The notes below the pieces were generated by a model, which ran no database searches, was not told the origin of the DNA, and worked only from the letters and a program-made list of their open reading frames with translations. The position numbers and the translations under genes are program-made. From NCBI GenBank assembly GCA_035566615.1, contig DATMQV010000267.1:1-59115 (forward strand): a stretch of DNA of 59,115 nucleotides, written 5' to 3'. Positions 40,434 through 50,224 of this stretch are shown here, piece by piece (the stretch's first letter is position 1; every line of letters begins with the position of its first letter). The DNA comes from Xanthobacteraceae bacterium (lineage in GTDB: Bacteria > Pseudomonadota > Alphaproteobacteria > Rhizobiales > Xanthobacteraceae).

Positions 40434-40697
40434 CTAGTTGTGCTCGCCGCCAAGCTCAGGAGTGGCGGTCGGGGTCCAAGCGGGCACCGGCTCCGCTGCC
40501 GGAGCGGGTGCAGGCGCCGGCTTTTTCGGTGCTGCTTTACGCTTCGGAGCTGCCTTCTTGGCCGCTTTCGCGGGGGCCTTTTTGGCGGCTTTTTTCGCCG
40601 GCTTCTTAGCCGCCGATTTTACTGTCTTCTTCTTTTTGCGCGCCGGGGCGGCCTTTTTCTTGGTGGATTTCTTCTTTGCCTTCGACTTCTTTGCCAT
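40434..40697 (-). CDS. Histone H1-like lysine/alanine/proline-rich basic protein
   Basis: The ATG at 40697 is preceded by GGGAGGA. The 87-aa product reads MAKKSKAKKKSTKKKAAPARKKKKTVKSAAKKPAKKAAKKAPAKAAKKAAPKRKAAPKKP.... The track ORF over-extends to 40871. Confidence 0.7.
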   Translation of the reverse strand: MAKKSKAKKKSTKKKAAPARKKKKTVKSAAKKPAKKAAKKAPAKAAKKAAPKRKAAPKKPAPAPAPAAEPVPAWTPTATPELGGEHN

Positions 40698-40786
40698 GAT
40701 CGATCCTCCCGATCGTGCTGCAAATAAGGAAAATCTGATCGGCCCCATGGGGACCGGGTTCACGCACAATACGAGCGAGCCCCCGT

Positions 40787-42115
40787 CTAGCTCGCGGCTG
40801 CATTCGAGCGCACTGCCGTCTGCGACCAGCGCTCCCGAAGCGAGGGCGGGCATGGCCCGCCGGTAGCCCAATCAATCAACTCGATCGTATGGACCGCCGG
40901 CAGTTTCGTGCCCGCGGCGATCTGAGTCATGCAGCCAATATTTCCTGCCGCGATCACATCAGGTCGCAATTCCTCGATAGTCCTGACTTTGCGCTCGCGC
41001 AACCTTCTTGCGATGTTTGGCTGCAGAATATTGTACGTTCCGGCGGAGCCGCAGCACAAATGACCGTCCCGAACGTCCTTCACTGTGAAGCCAAGCTTGC
41101 CGAGAAGCTCCCGCGGCTGGCGCCTAACACGCTGTCCGTGCTGCAGTGAGCAGGCGGCGTGATAGGCGACCACAAGTCCAGGCGTGGCCGGCGCGGATCT
41201 AAGCGGCAACGTCGCTAGGTATTCGGTGATATCGCGCGCGAGACCGGCGACCTTCGCGGCCCGTTCTGCATAGATCGAATCGGTGCGGAACATGAAGCCA
41301 TAGTCTTTCACGGTCGTGCCGCAGCCGGAGGTCGTCACCACCACGGCGTCCAGCGGCCCGAGCGCAGTCCAGGCATCGATATTGGCGCGCGCTTGGCTGA
41401 GCGCCTCGCCTTCCCGGCCCATGTGATGGACGAGCGAGCCGCAGCAGCCGGAGCCTTCCGCGACCACGACTTCGATGCCGAGCCGCGTCAATACCCGAAT
41501 CGCCGCGGCATTGATCTGCGGCGCCAGCAGATCGTTGACGCAGCCGGCGAGCAAAGCGACGCGGCCCTTTTTTGCTCCCGCCGGCTGGAACGTTTGCGGC
41601 GCAATGGCGCGGTGCGGAAGGTGCCCCGGGGCGAGCTGCAACATGGCTGCAAGCCGCTTGAGCCCCACCGCTTCGGCAAGCCGAGCAAACGGCTTGCCGG
41701 CGAGGGCTGCTGCAAGAACCAACCGGAATCGCTGTGGATAAGGCAAAAGCTTTGCAAGCGCGGTGCGCAGCAGCCGCTCGTGTGCCGGCCGCCGGTAGGT
41801 CTTCTCGATATGGGCACGGGCATGGTCGACGAGATGCATGTAGTGCACGCCGGAGGGACACGTCGTCATGCAGGCCAGACAGGACAGGCAGCGGTCGATA
41901 TGCAGCGTGACCTCGGCCGTGGCCGGCCGGTCATTCTCCAGCATGTCCTTAATGAGGTAGATGCGTCCGCGTGGCGAATCGAGCTCGTTGCCGTCGAGCA
42001 CGTAGGTCGGGCAGGTGGCGGTGCAAAAGCCGCAATGCACGCAAGCCCGTAGGATCTTTTCCGATTCGGCGACGTCCGGATCGGCGAGCTGAGCAAGGGT
42101 GAAAGACGTCTGCAT
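40787..42115 (-). CDS. glcF: Glycolate oxidase iron-sulfur subunit
   Basis: It starts at the ATG at 42115 (MQTSFTLAQLADP...). It has two 4Fe-4S motifs (CVHCGFCTATCP, CLSCLACMTTCP) and CCG domains (GCCGS, LCCGSAG). Confidence 0.9.
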   Translation of the reverse strand: MQTSFTLAQLADPDVAESEKILRACVHCGFCTATCPTYVLDGNELDSPRGRIYLIKDMLENDRPATAEVTLHIDRCLSCLACMTTCPSGVHYMHLVDHARAHIEKTYRRPAHERLLRTALAKLLPYPQRFRLVLAAALAGKPFARLAEAVGLKRLAAMLQLAPGHLPHRAIAPQTFQPAGAKKGRVALLAGCVNDLLAPQINAAAIRVLTRLGIEVVVAEGSGCCGSLVHHMGREGEALSQARANIDAWTALGPLDAVVVTTSGCGTTVKDYGFMFRTDSIYAERAAKVAGLARDITEYLATLPLRSAPATPGLVVAYHAACSLQHGQRVRRQPRELLGKLGFTVKDVRDGHLCCGSAGTYNILQPNIARRLRERKVRTIEELRPDVIAAGNIGCMTQIAAGTKLPAVHTIELIDWATGGPCPPSLRERWSQTAVRSNAAAS

Positions 42116-42116
42116 A

Positions 42117-43343
42117 CTAAACTCCCGCCCACATCCGGCCGGGATTGAGAACCCCGCGCGGATCGAAGCTCTCGCGCACACGCTTGGTGAGCGCCGCCAA
42201 GGCCGGCGTCTCGGGCTCAAAAACATCGACCGTGGCGCGTACGGCGGCCGGTGCACGGATCAGCGTGGCGTGCCCTCCTGCACCGGCTACAATCGAACGC
42301 ACGAGACCTGACTTGGCATCGTCGGAGGGCGGCAGAGCCGCCCAGATCAGGCCACCGGCCCAATCGTAGAGCACCTCTGCCTCGGCCTGTTCGACCAGGG
42401 CGCGGCCGATTTCGAAGCCACGCGCGGGCGCCGTCGAAATGCGCCAGACATCGCGCGCGCCAGTAGGCCCCGCGGCGGCGAAGGGAGTCGCGTCGCGGAT
42501 TGCGCGCCAGAGTGTCCGCGAGGAAGCCTCTGCGAGCGTACTCAGTCGGCCGTAGGACCTCGCCAGCTCTTCCAGCACCGCTTGGCGATGCGCCACCGAG
42601 GGGGCGACGCCTTCGAGCCGAAGGGCCGTCACCGCCGCGCCCGCGGTCGCAGTCTCGGCAAGCCGCTCGGCAAGCGGCGACGACAAATGAGCAGCCGCGG
42701 ACGCATCGGCAAAGGAGCCCATGACCGCCGTCATGAGCTTGCCGGCGGCCGCCTCGCCAAGACCGAGGACCAGAACCGTCCGCTCGGTCTCGGCCCGAGG
42801 CAGCGTCTTGACCGTCACATCAGTCATGGCGGCGAGCGTTCCCCACGAGCCGGCGAGCAATTTGCATAGATCGTAGCCGGTGACATTCTTCACCACCCGG
42901 CCGCCGGATTTGAAGATCTCGCCGCGTCCGGAGACCGCAGTCACGCCGAGAAAATGGTCGCGGGCGGCGCCAGCCTTGATGCGTCGCGGACCCGAAAGAT
43001 TAGACGAAAGCACCCCACCGATCGTGGCGCTGCCGGCGGCTCCACCGAGCAGCGGCCCGTAATCCATCGGCTCAAACGCCAGTTGCTGGCCGTTTGCCGT
43101 CAGCAGCGCCTCAATTTCGGAAAGCGGCGTGCCGGCCTTTGCCGACAGCACAAGCTCGGCGGGCTCGTAGAGCGTCACGCCTGACAGTCCCGAAATATCG
43201 AGCGTCATGTCCCATTGCGCCGCCCGCCCAATGAGACGCTTGCTGCCGCGGCCGACGATTTCCAGCGTCTTGCCGCCGGCGATCGCCCATTTAACCGCCT
43301 GCTCGACTTCCGCGGCGTCGCGCGGTTTCAGATTTTCCGCCAT
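42117..43343 (-). CDS. glcE: Glycolate oxidase FAD-binding subunit
   Basis: The 408-aa product has a FAD-binding PCMH-type N-terminus (LEIVGRGSKRLIGR...), and its stop lies 1 nt before the glcF ATG. Confidence 0.85.
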   Translation of the reverse strand: MAENLKPRDAAEVEQAVKWAIAGGKTLEIVGRGSKRLIGRAAQWDMTLDISGLSGVTLYEPAELVLSAKAGTPLSEIEALLTANGQQLAFEPMDYGPLLGGAAGSATIGGVLSSNLSGPRRIKAGAARDHFLGVTAVSGRGEIFKSGGRVVKNVTGYDLCKLLAGSWGTLAAMTDVTVKTLPRAETERTVLVLGLGEAAAGKLMTAVMGSFADASAAAHLSSPLAERLAETATAGAAVTALRLEGVAPSVAHRQAVLEELARSYGRLSTLAEASSRTLWRAIRDATPFAAAGPTGARDVWRISTAPARGFEIGRALVEQAEAEVLYDWAGGLIWAALPPSDDAKSGLVRSIVAGAGGHATLIRAPAAVRATVDVFEPETPALAALTKRVRESFDPRGVLNPGRMWAGV

Positions 43344-43351
43344 CGGGCGCG

Positions 43352-44845
43352 TCAGAACCGCGGCAAGTCCGGAAAGGCCAATTGGCCGGCATGCACGTGC
43401 ATGCGGCCAAGCTCAGCGCAACGGTGCAGCGTCGGGAACACCTTACCCGGATTGAGCAGACCGCTCTCGTCGAACGCGCATTTAAGCCGCTGCTGCTGAT
43501 TGAGATCGGTTTCGGAGAACATCGCCGGCATCAGATCGCGTTTCTCGACGCCCACGCCGTGCTCGCCGGTCAGCACACCGCCGACCTCCACGCAGAGCCT
43601 CAGAATATCGGCGCCGAATTCCTCGGCGCGTTCGAGCTCGCCCGGTTTGTTGGCGTCATAAAGGATCAGCGGGTGCAGGTTGCCGTCGCCGGCATGGAAG
43701 ACGTTGGCAACGCGAAGTCCGTATTTGGCCGACATCTCCTGCATGCGCCGCAGCACCAGCGGCATTTGTGCGCGCGGAATCGTGCCGTCCATGCAGTAAT
43801 AGTCGGGCGAGATGCGGCCGACCGCAGGGAATGCAGCCTTGCGGCCAGCCCAGAACAGGAGCCGCTCGTCTTCGGAATTGGACACCCGGCACGTCAGCGC
43901 GCCGCAGGCCCGCGCGACCTCCTGCACGCGGTCCAGCAAGTAATCGACTTCGGCGCGCGGACCATCCAACTCGACGATGAGCAGCGCCTCGACATCGAGC
44001 GGATAGCCGGCATGGACGAATTCCTCGGCTGCCTGGATCGCCGGGCGATCCATCATCTCCATGCCGCCCGGAATTATGCCGGACCCGATGATGCGCGCAA
44101 CGCACTCGCCGGCATCTTCGGACGCGGCGAAACCGATCAGCGCGGCGCGTGCGCATTCCGGCTTCTTCAGGAGCCGTACCGTCACCTCGGTGATGACGCC
44201 CAGAAGCCCCTCCGAACCCGTGATGACGCCGAGCAGATCGTAGCCGGCGGCATCGAGATGGCTGCCGCCAAGCCGCAGGATCTCGCCGCTCATCAGGACC
44301 AATTCGCAGCCGAGCACATTGTTGGTGGTGACGCCGTATTTCAGGCAGTGAACGCCGCCCGAATTCTCCGCCACATTGCCGCCGATGGTGCAGGCGATCT
44401 GCGAGGACGGATCGGGCGCGTAGTAGAAGCCGGCACGATCGACCGCCTGCGAGACCGCAAGATTGGTGACACCTGGCTCGACTACGGCCACCCGGTTCTC
44501 GAAATCGGTGGCGCGGATGCGCTTGAACTTGGCCATGCCGAGCAGAACGCCGTCGCCCAGCGGCAGCGCGCCGCCAGACAGCGACGTCCCTGCCCCGCGC
44601 GGCACCACTTTGATGCCGTCGCGATGGCAATAGGCCAGCACGGCGGAGACTTGCTCAGTGGTCTCCGGCAGCACCACGACCATCGGGAGCGCCCGATAGG
44701 CGGTGAGACCGTCGCTTTCATAAGGCCGCATGGCCTCTTCGGAGGCGATCACCCCCTCGCCCGGCACGATGCGTCTGAGCGCCGCAACGATCTCGGCGCG
44801 GCGCGCGAGCACCGCGTCGTCGAGCTTGGGCATTGCAACAGCCAT
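43352..44845 (-). CDS. glcD: Glycolate oxidase subunit GlcD (FAD-linked oxidase)
   Basis: The 497-aa product has VVPRGAGTSLSGGALP and a C-terminal ...GEHGVGVEKRDLM motif. It is the first gene of the glcDEF operon on the minus strand. Confidence 0.9.
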   Translation of the reverse strand: MAVAMPKLDDAVLARRAEIVAALRRIVPGEGVIASEEAMRPYESDGLTAYRALPMVVVLPETTEQVSAVLAYCHRDGIKVVPRGAGTSLSGGALPLGDGVLLGMAKFKRIRATDFENRVAVVEPGVTNLAVSQAVDRAGFYYAPDPSSQIACTIGGNVAENSGGVHCLKYGVTTNNVLGCELVLMSGEILRLGGSHLDAAGYDLLGVITGSEGLLGVITEVTVRLLKKPECARAALIGFAASEDAGECVARIIGSGIIPGGMEMMDRPAIQAAEEFVHAGYPLDVEALLIVELDGPRAEVDYLLDRVQEVARACGALTCRVSNSEDERLLFWAGRKAAFPAVGRISPDYYCMDGTIPRAQMPLVLRRMQEMSAKYGLRVANVFHAGDGNLHPLILYDANKPGELERAEEFGADILRLCVEVGGVLTGEHGVGVEKRDLMPAMFSETDLNQQQRLKCAFDESGLLNPGKVFPTLHRCAELGRMHVHAGQLAFPDLPRF

Positions 44846-44938
44846 TCAATGGTCCCGGAGGTCTGAGCCTGAATTGGACTCATTATAACGACAAAGCGCG
44901 ACCGCGGTGTAGCCGCGATGCCGCGCCGGAACCGTGCC

Positions 44939-45454
44939 TTACTCCATCAGCCAGCGCACGCCGATGAAGCCGGGCAGCAAAATCCCGGCTGCCCAGACGG
45001 CTGCGGATGCAACATTGGCGATTTGGAAATTGAGCCACGGCATCGCATTGAGGCCGGCGATGAGCGGCACGACCGCGCGAAAGGGACCGAAGAAGCGCCC
45101 GACGAAGACGGCGAGCATTCCCCACTTCTTGAAGAAAGCCACACCGCGCGCAACGAGATCAGGATTGCCGGCGAGCGGCCACGTCCGCAGCACGCGGTCC
45201 TTGAAGTACAAGGCCAGCCAGTAGGCCAGCCAATCGCCGACAATGGCGCCGAGCGCCGCCGCGAACCACATCGGCCAGAAGCAGAGCTCGGCGGCTGCTA
45301 TCAAACCGCCGACGCCAAGAAGGATGCCCGTTGCCGGAACCAGCAAGGACACGAAGGCGAAGGATTCGCAGAAGGCCAAAACGAAAACGATCGGAACGCC
45401 CCAGGCCTGATGGTCGTGCACGAAGGCAATCGTCGATCGCACCAGATTGTCCAT
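44939..45454 (-). CDS. DedA/SNARE-associated family membrane protein
   Basis: The 171-aa product has DedA motifs (FCESFAFVSLLVPATGILL, GRFFGPFRAVVPLIAG). Confidence 0.8.
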   Translation of the reverse strand: MDNLVRSTIAFVHDHQAWGVPIVFVLAFCESFAFVSLLVPATGILLGVGGLIAAAELCFWPMWFAAALGAIVGDWLAYWLALYFKDRVLRTWPLAGNPDLVARGVAFFKKWGMLAVFVGRFFGPFRAVVPLIAGLNAMPWLNFQIANVASAAVWAAGILLPGFIGVRWLME

Positions 45455-45505
45455 GTCGCTTCCTTCGGAAAGTCGCTTCCTTCAGAACGCACCGCCGCCA
45501 CGCCA

Positions 45506-45604
45506 GAGCATGATCCGAAAAGTGGGTACCGGTTTTCCGAAAAGATCATGCTCCACCAAAGATCTAGAGCGCGATGACAATTCAACTTAAAGCCATCGCG
45601 CTCT
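45506..45604 (+). repeat. Palindromic intergenic element, copy C (bipartite)
   Basis: Module 1 is gagcatgatccgaaaagtgggtaccggttttccgaaaagatcatgctc. Module 2 is a hairpin, AGAGCGCGATG (45566-45576) / CATCGCGCTCT (45594-45604). Confidence 0.8.
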
Positions 45605-45794
45605 GGTAGCAGCGATCACCAAGTGACCGACATAGCGCAGAAGCGTGCGGGAATGAAAAATCCCGTACGAGCCAAACGGTAGCCCCGCGACCAACAAAAT
45701 CCTCGGGACGAGCCTTCGGCTCGACAAAATTCCCGCTTTTCAGACACAATCCTTTCACCAGCGCAACGATTTCACCTCGGTCGGGCGAGCGTTC

Positions 45795-45808
45795 TTGACC
45801 CAGGTCAA
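45795..45808 (+). promoter_or_regulatory. FNR/FixK-type box TTGA-N6-TCAA
   Basis: TTGACCCAGGTCAA is a fully palindromic 14-mer that ends 63 nt before the USP ATG at 45872. Confidence 0.55.
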
Positions 45809-45871
45809 CACGCGCATTGCTAAACTCACTAGGCATCCAGTGACAGCTTTGAAGAGGCAGGAACCGCCACG

Positions 45872-46746
45872 ATGACGACAGCCAAACCAGATGTGGGCGC
45901 TCATGTTATAGGCGCGCCCGCCTCTCGGGCGTTGGCCAGCATCATGGTGCATGTGGATTGGAACGCCGGCTCCGATGAGCGGATACGGCTCGCGGCCGAT
46001 CTCTCCGACAGGTTCGGTGCGGTTCTGATCGGCGTCGCCGGCTGGGTGCCGGGCCGCGAGCGCGCGGCTCTTGCGCATGCCGAGCTTGAGCAGCCGGAGA
46101 AGCGCTTGAAGTGGATCAGGGCGGAGCTCGACCGCCTGGGCGAGCGCTTTCGCGAGGTTGCCGGCATAACTGCGCTGCCCACCGAGTGGCGGGGGAGCTT
46201 CAACTTTCCGCGCGAAGTGATCGCGCGCGAAGCACGAGCGGCGGACCTCGTCGTCATCGGCAGCCGTCCCGCGGCGGACGACGTATTGCACAGCTTCGAC
46301 CCTGGAGAAGTGCTGCTGGCCGCTGGCCGCCCCGTTCTCATTGCTCCGCAGGGCCACGCGGCGCTGAGTGCCCGCCGTATCCTGATTGCCTGGAAAGATA
46401 CCCGCGAAGCGCGCCGCGCGGTCCAAAGCGCTCTGCCCTTCTTGCAGCAAGCCGAGCACGTCACGCTCGTCGAAGTCGCCGAAGACCTGCTGGAAGCGCA
46501 AGCACAGGCGCACCTTGCGGACGTCGAGGCCTACCTTGGCCGCCACGGCGTCAAGGTCGGCGTCAAGGCCGTGCTCAATCCCCACGGGGCGATAGCGCAC
46601 CAATTGACCACCGCGGCCGCCGACAATGGGGCCGACCTCATCGTAGCTGGCGCTTACGGGCATACCCGCTGGGTGAGTGGATTTTCGGCGGCGCGACCCG
46701 CGGGCTCCTCCACACCTCCAAACTGTGCTCTCTGTTCTCAACCTGA
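45872..46746 (+). pseudogene. Tandem-domain universal stress protein with a one-base frame change 25 codons before the end
   Basis: The main frame reads ...ADLIVAGAYGHTRW and then nonsense to 46813. The -1 frame gives LGEWIFGGATRGLLHTSKLCSLFST* (stop at 46744-46746). That matches the intact paralogue's terminus GHSRLREFVLGGVTRSIFRSMTAPVLMSH. Confidence 0.8.
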
Positions 46747-46962
46747 CATTTCAAGATCGCGACGGAAGCGCTTGTGCAGTCTCGCGAGGCCGCCGCAGAG
46801 GTTTTCCCGCTGAACACTCAGCGAACTTTGCGACAATGCCGCGTGCGCATCGCCCTGGGGCATGGCGCCGCTTCGACCCGCTGGCCCACGCGAACGTCGG
46901 CGAATTGGACCGTTGACACGCGACTTTCGGGCCGCTTCAACGGCGGTGGAATTCGCTCACTG

Positions 46963-47063
46963 GAGTATGATCCGGAAAAGTGGGTACCGGTTTTCCGAAA
47001 GATCATGCCCCATTAAAGATCTAGGGCGCCAATCGTTTCAACCTGAAACGATTGGCGTTCTAG
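46963..47063 (+). repeat. Palindromic intergenic element, copy D (bipartite)
   Basis: Module 1 is gagtatgatccggaaaagtgggtaccggttttccgaaagatcatgccc. Module 2 is a hairpin, 47021-47040 / 47044-47063, with 18 of 20 bp paired. Confidence 0.8.
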
Positions 47064-47121
47064 GCAGTCTCGCCAATGCCGCTGCGCATCCGCCCAGCGG
47101 GTTCATCCAAAGGGGACCCTG

Positions 47122-47511
47122 ATGCCGAAAGCATTGATAGCCGCCGCTGCCCTTATGACCGCATGGATGGGGGTTGCGTCGGCACAAGATGTCGAGAAAG
47201 GCGCCGTCGCTTTCAAGAAATGCGGAATCTGCCACAAGATCGGTCCCGGCGCGACGAACTTGGTCGGCCCCGTGCTCAACGGTCTCGATGGCCGCCGTTC
47301 GGGCAGCGTCGCCGGTTTCAGTTATTCCGACGCCAACAAGAATTCCGGAATCGTGTGGAGCGAGGAAACCTTCGCCGAATATATCAAGGACCCGCGCGCC
47401 AAGATCCCCGGCACCAAAATGATCTTTGCCGGCATCAAGAACGAACAGGAAATTAAGGACCTGTGGGCTTACATCAAGCAGTTCGACGCCGAGGGCAACA
47501 TCAAGAAATAA
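47122..47511 (+). CDS. Class I c-type cytochrome (cytochrome c2/c550-like), periplasmic
   Basis: It has a signal peptide (MPKALIAAAALMTAWMGVASA), the heme motif CGICH and the distal Met context PGTKMIFAG. Confidence 0.9.
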   Translation: MPKALIAAAALMTAWMGVASAQDVEKGAVAFKKCGICHKIGPGATNLVGPVLNGLDGRRSGSVAGFSYSDANKNSGIVWSEETFAEYIKDPRAKIPGTKMIFAGIKNEQEIKDLWAYIKQFDAEGNIKK

Positions 47512-47527
47512 CCCCTTCCGGACACTC

Positions 47528-47541
47528 TTGATCTGGCTCAA
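47528..47541 (+). promoter_or_regulatory. FNR/FixK-type box TTGA-N6-TCAA
   Basis: TTGATCTGGCTCAA ends 90 nt before the ATG at 47632 of the second USP gene. Confidence 0.5.
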
Positions 47542-47631
47542 ACGGGAGCGATGCCGCGCGTGACATAAACGAAAGTCGAGAGATCAATATCGATAAAATT
47601 CATTGGAGCTGCGACTGGAGGATCTGCCGCT

Positions 47632-48462
47632 ATGATCAAAGACATTGTCGTCAATCTCAGCGTTGGTGAGAAGGCAAGCCCGGCTTGCGACTATGCTGTC
47701 TCCGTCGCCGCTGCTTTCGACGCGCATCTTGCCGGCATCGCTTTTCTCTACGATCCGATCGTTCCAGTTTCCGGCGCGGGCTACATCCCCGCCGACGTGA
47801 TCGAGGCGCAGGAGCGCGACAATGAAGAAGCGACGCGGGCCGCCCTCGACCGCTTCAACACCGCCTGCTCGCGCGCCGGCGTCAGCGCCGAGCCGCTGAC
47901 CTTGAGTGCGAGCTTTGCCGGCGTGGGCGAGCAGTTCAGCCGGATCGCGCGGCGCTTCGACGTGTCTATCGTCGGGCAATCGGAGCCCGAAAGCAGCGCG
48001 GTCGAGGAGATCATTGCCGAGTCGGCACTGTTCGAATCCGGCCGGCCGGTGATTATCGTTCCGTACATCCAAAAGGCGCCGCTCAAGCTCGACAACGTGA
48101 TGGTGTGCTGGGACGGCAGCCGCGCCGCCGCGCGCGCTATTGCCGACTCCATGCCGCTGCTCGCCAAGGCCAGGCGCGTCGAGGTCGTGATCGTCACCAA
48201 CGAACGCGGCAAGCAGGACGAGATCGAGGGCGCCGACATGGGTGCGCATCTGGCGCGCCATGGGCTCAATGTCGATGTCAAGCGCACCGCGCTCGGCGAT
48301 ATCGATATTGCCGACGTCCTCCTTTCGCACGCCGCGGACGCGGGCAGCGATTTCATCGTCATGGGTGGCTACGGTCATTCGCGCTTGCGCGAATTCGTGC
48401 TCGGCGGGGTAACACGCAGCATTTTCCGCTCGATGACCGCGCCGGTGCTCATGTCGCATTAA
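47632..48462 (+). CDS. Tandem-domain universal stress protein (UspA family)
   Basis: The 276-aa product has two USP domains and a C-terminal ATP-binding-type motif, VMGGYGHSRLREFVLGGVTRSI. Confidence 0.85.
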   Translation: MIKDIVVNLSVGEKASPACDYAVSVAAAFDAHLAGIAFLYDPIVPVSGAGYIPADVIEAQERDNEEATRAALDRFNTACSRAGVSAEPLTLSASFAGVGEQFSRIARRFDVSIVGQSEPESSAVEEIIAESALFESGRPVIIVPYIQKAPLKLDNVMVCWDGSRAAARAIADSMPLLAKARRVEVVIVTNERGKQDEIEGADMGAHLARHGLNVDVKRTALGDIDIADVLLSHAADAGSDFIVMGGYGHSRLREFVLGGVTRSIFRSMTAPVLMSH

Positions 48463-48696
48463 GCCGGGAATCTTGGTCAGCGACTGGAATAAGGTCGCGT
48501 GCTATCCGGCGGCAAAATAAAGCGAAATATACGCCTTAGGTATCGTTGACGCGCGGACGCCGCCCGTGTCACGTTTTCGTTGGCCCTCAATCACCCGTCC
48601 CCCGCGGCCGATCACCGATCGCGCGCGGGGTGAAAAGCCAAACAATCAAAGACGGAGGGTCGCGGAGGAAGATCTCGCCATGACGCATCGCGCGGC

Positions 48697-49505
48697 ATGA
48701 CCGAAATCCCGCACGGCGCAGCGGACGCCGTTGGCGCCGCCTCCCCGCTGTTGGAGGTCGCGGGCGTCGGTATGCGCTTTGGCGGCATCGTCGCTCTCGA
48801 CGAAGTGACCTTCAGGATTGCGCGCGGGCGGATCGTGGGCCTGATCGGGCCGAACGGCGCCGGCAAGACAACATTGTTCAACTGCCTCAGCAGGCTCTAC
48901 CGCCCGGGCCGCGGCGATATCCGCCTGAACGGCCGATCGCTCCGCCAATGCGCGCCTTCCGACATTGCCGCGCTCGGAATTGGTCGCACATTCCAGGCCT
49001 CCACCCTGTTCACGTCGATGTCGGTCATCGACAATGTGAAAGTCGGCGCGCACGCGCGCGGCCGCCACAATCCGCTCACCGACGCCTTGACGCTGCCGTC
49101 GACTAGAAGCGAAGAGCGCCAGTTCGACGCAACCGCGCACGCCATGCTCGCCTTCGTCGGCCTGGAAGCCACGGCCGAGCGGCCGGCGGCCAGCTTGTCG
49201 CTCGGAGCGCGCAAGCGCATCGAGCTTGCGCGCGCGCTTGCCGGCGAGCCTACCCTGCTGTTGCTCGACGAACCGGCCGGCGGATTGAACCACGAGGAAG
49301 TGTCGGAACTCGGCGGCTTGATCCGCGCCATCCGCGACCGGCTCGGGATCACGGTGCTGCTGGTCGAGCATCACATGGGCTTGGTGATGAGCCTGTCGGA
49401 TCAAGTCGTCGTGCTCAATTTCGGCCGCGTGATCGCGGACGGGCCGCCCGACGCTGTGCGCAATAACCCGGCCGTTACCGAGGCCTATCTGGGGCCGCGG
49501 CACTG

Positions 49506-49506
<1 letters not shown>
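48697..49506 (+). CDS. livG: Branched-chain amino acid ABC transporter ATP-binding protein (LivG-like)
   Basis: It has Walker A GPNGAGKTT, Walker B LLLLDEPAGGL and the LivG-type C-terminal extension ...NNPAVTEAYLG. Confidence 0.9.
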
Positions 49507-50213
<707 letters not shown>

Positions 50214-50224
50214 CGGGGCGCACG

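Noticed and set aside
45582-45836. An 84-aa minus-strand ORF in the 417-nt spacer upstream of the first USP gene. I also considered an sRNA with the hairpin at 45709-45723.
   Set aside because: The ORF has no RBS or recognisable features and overlaps the repeat element and the FNR-type box. The hairpin is short (6 bp) and has no proper U-tract. I cannot support either from sequence alone.
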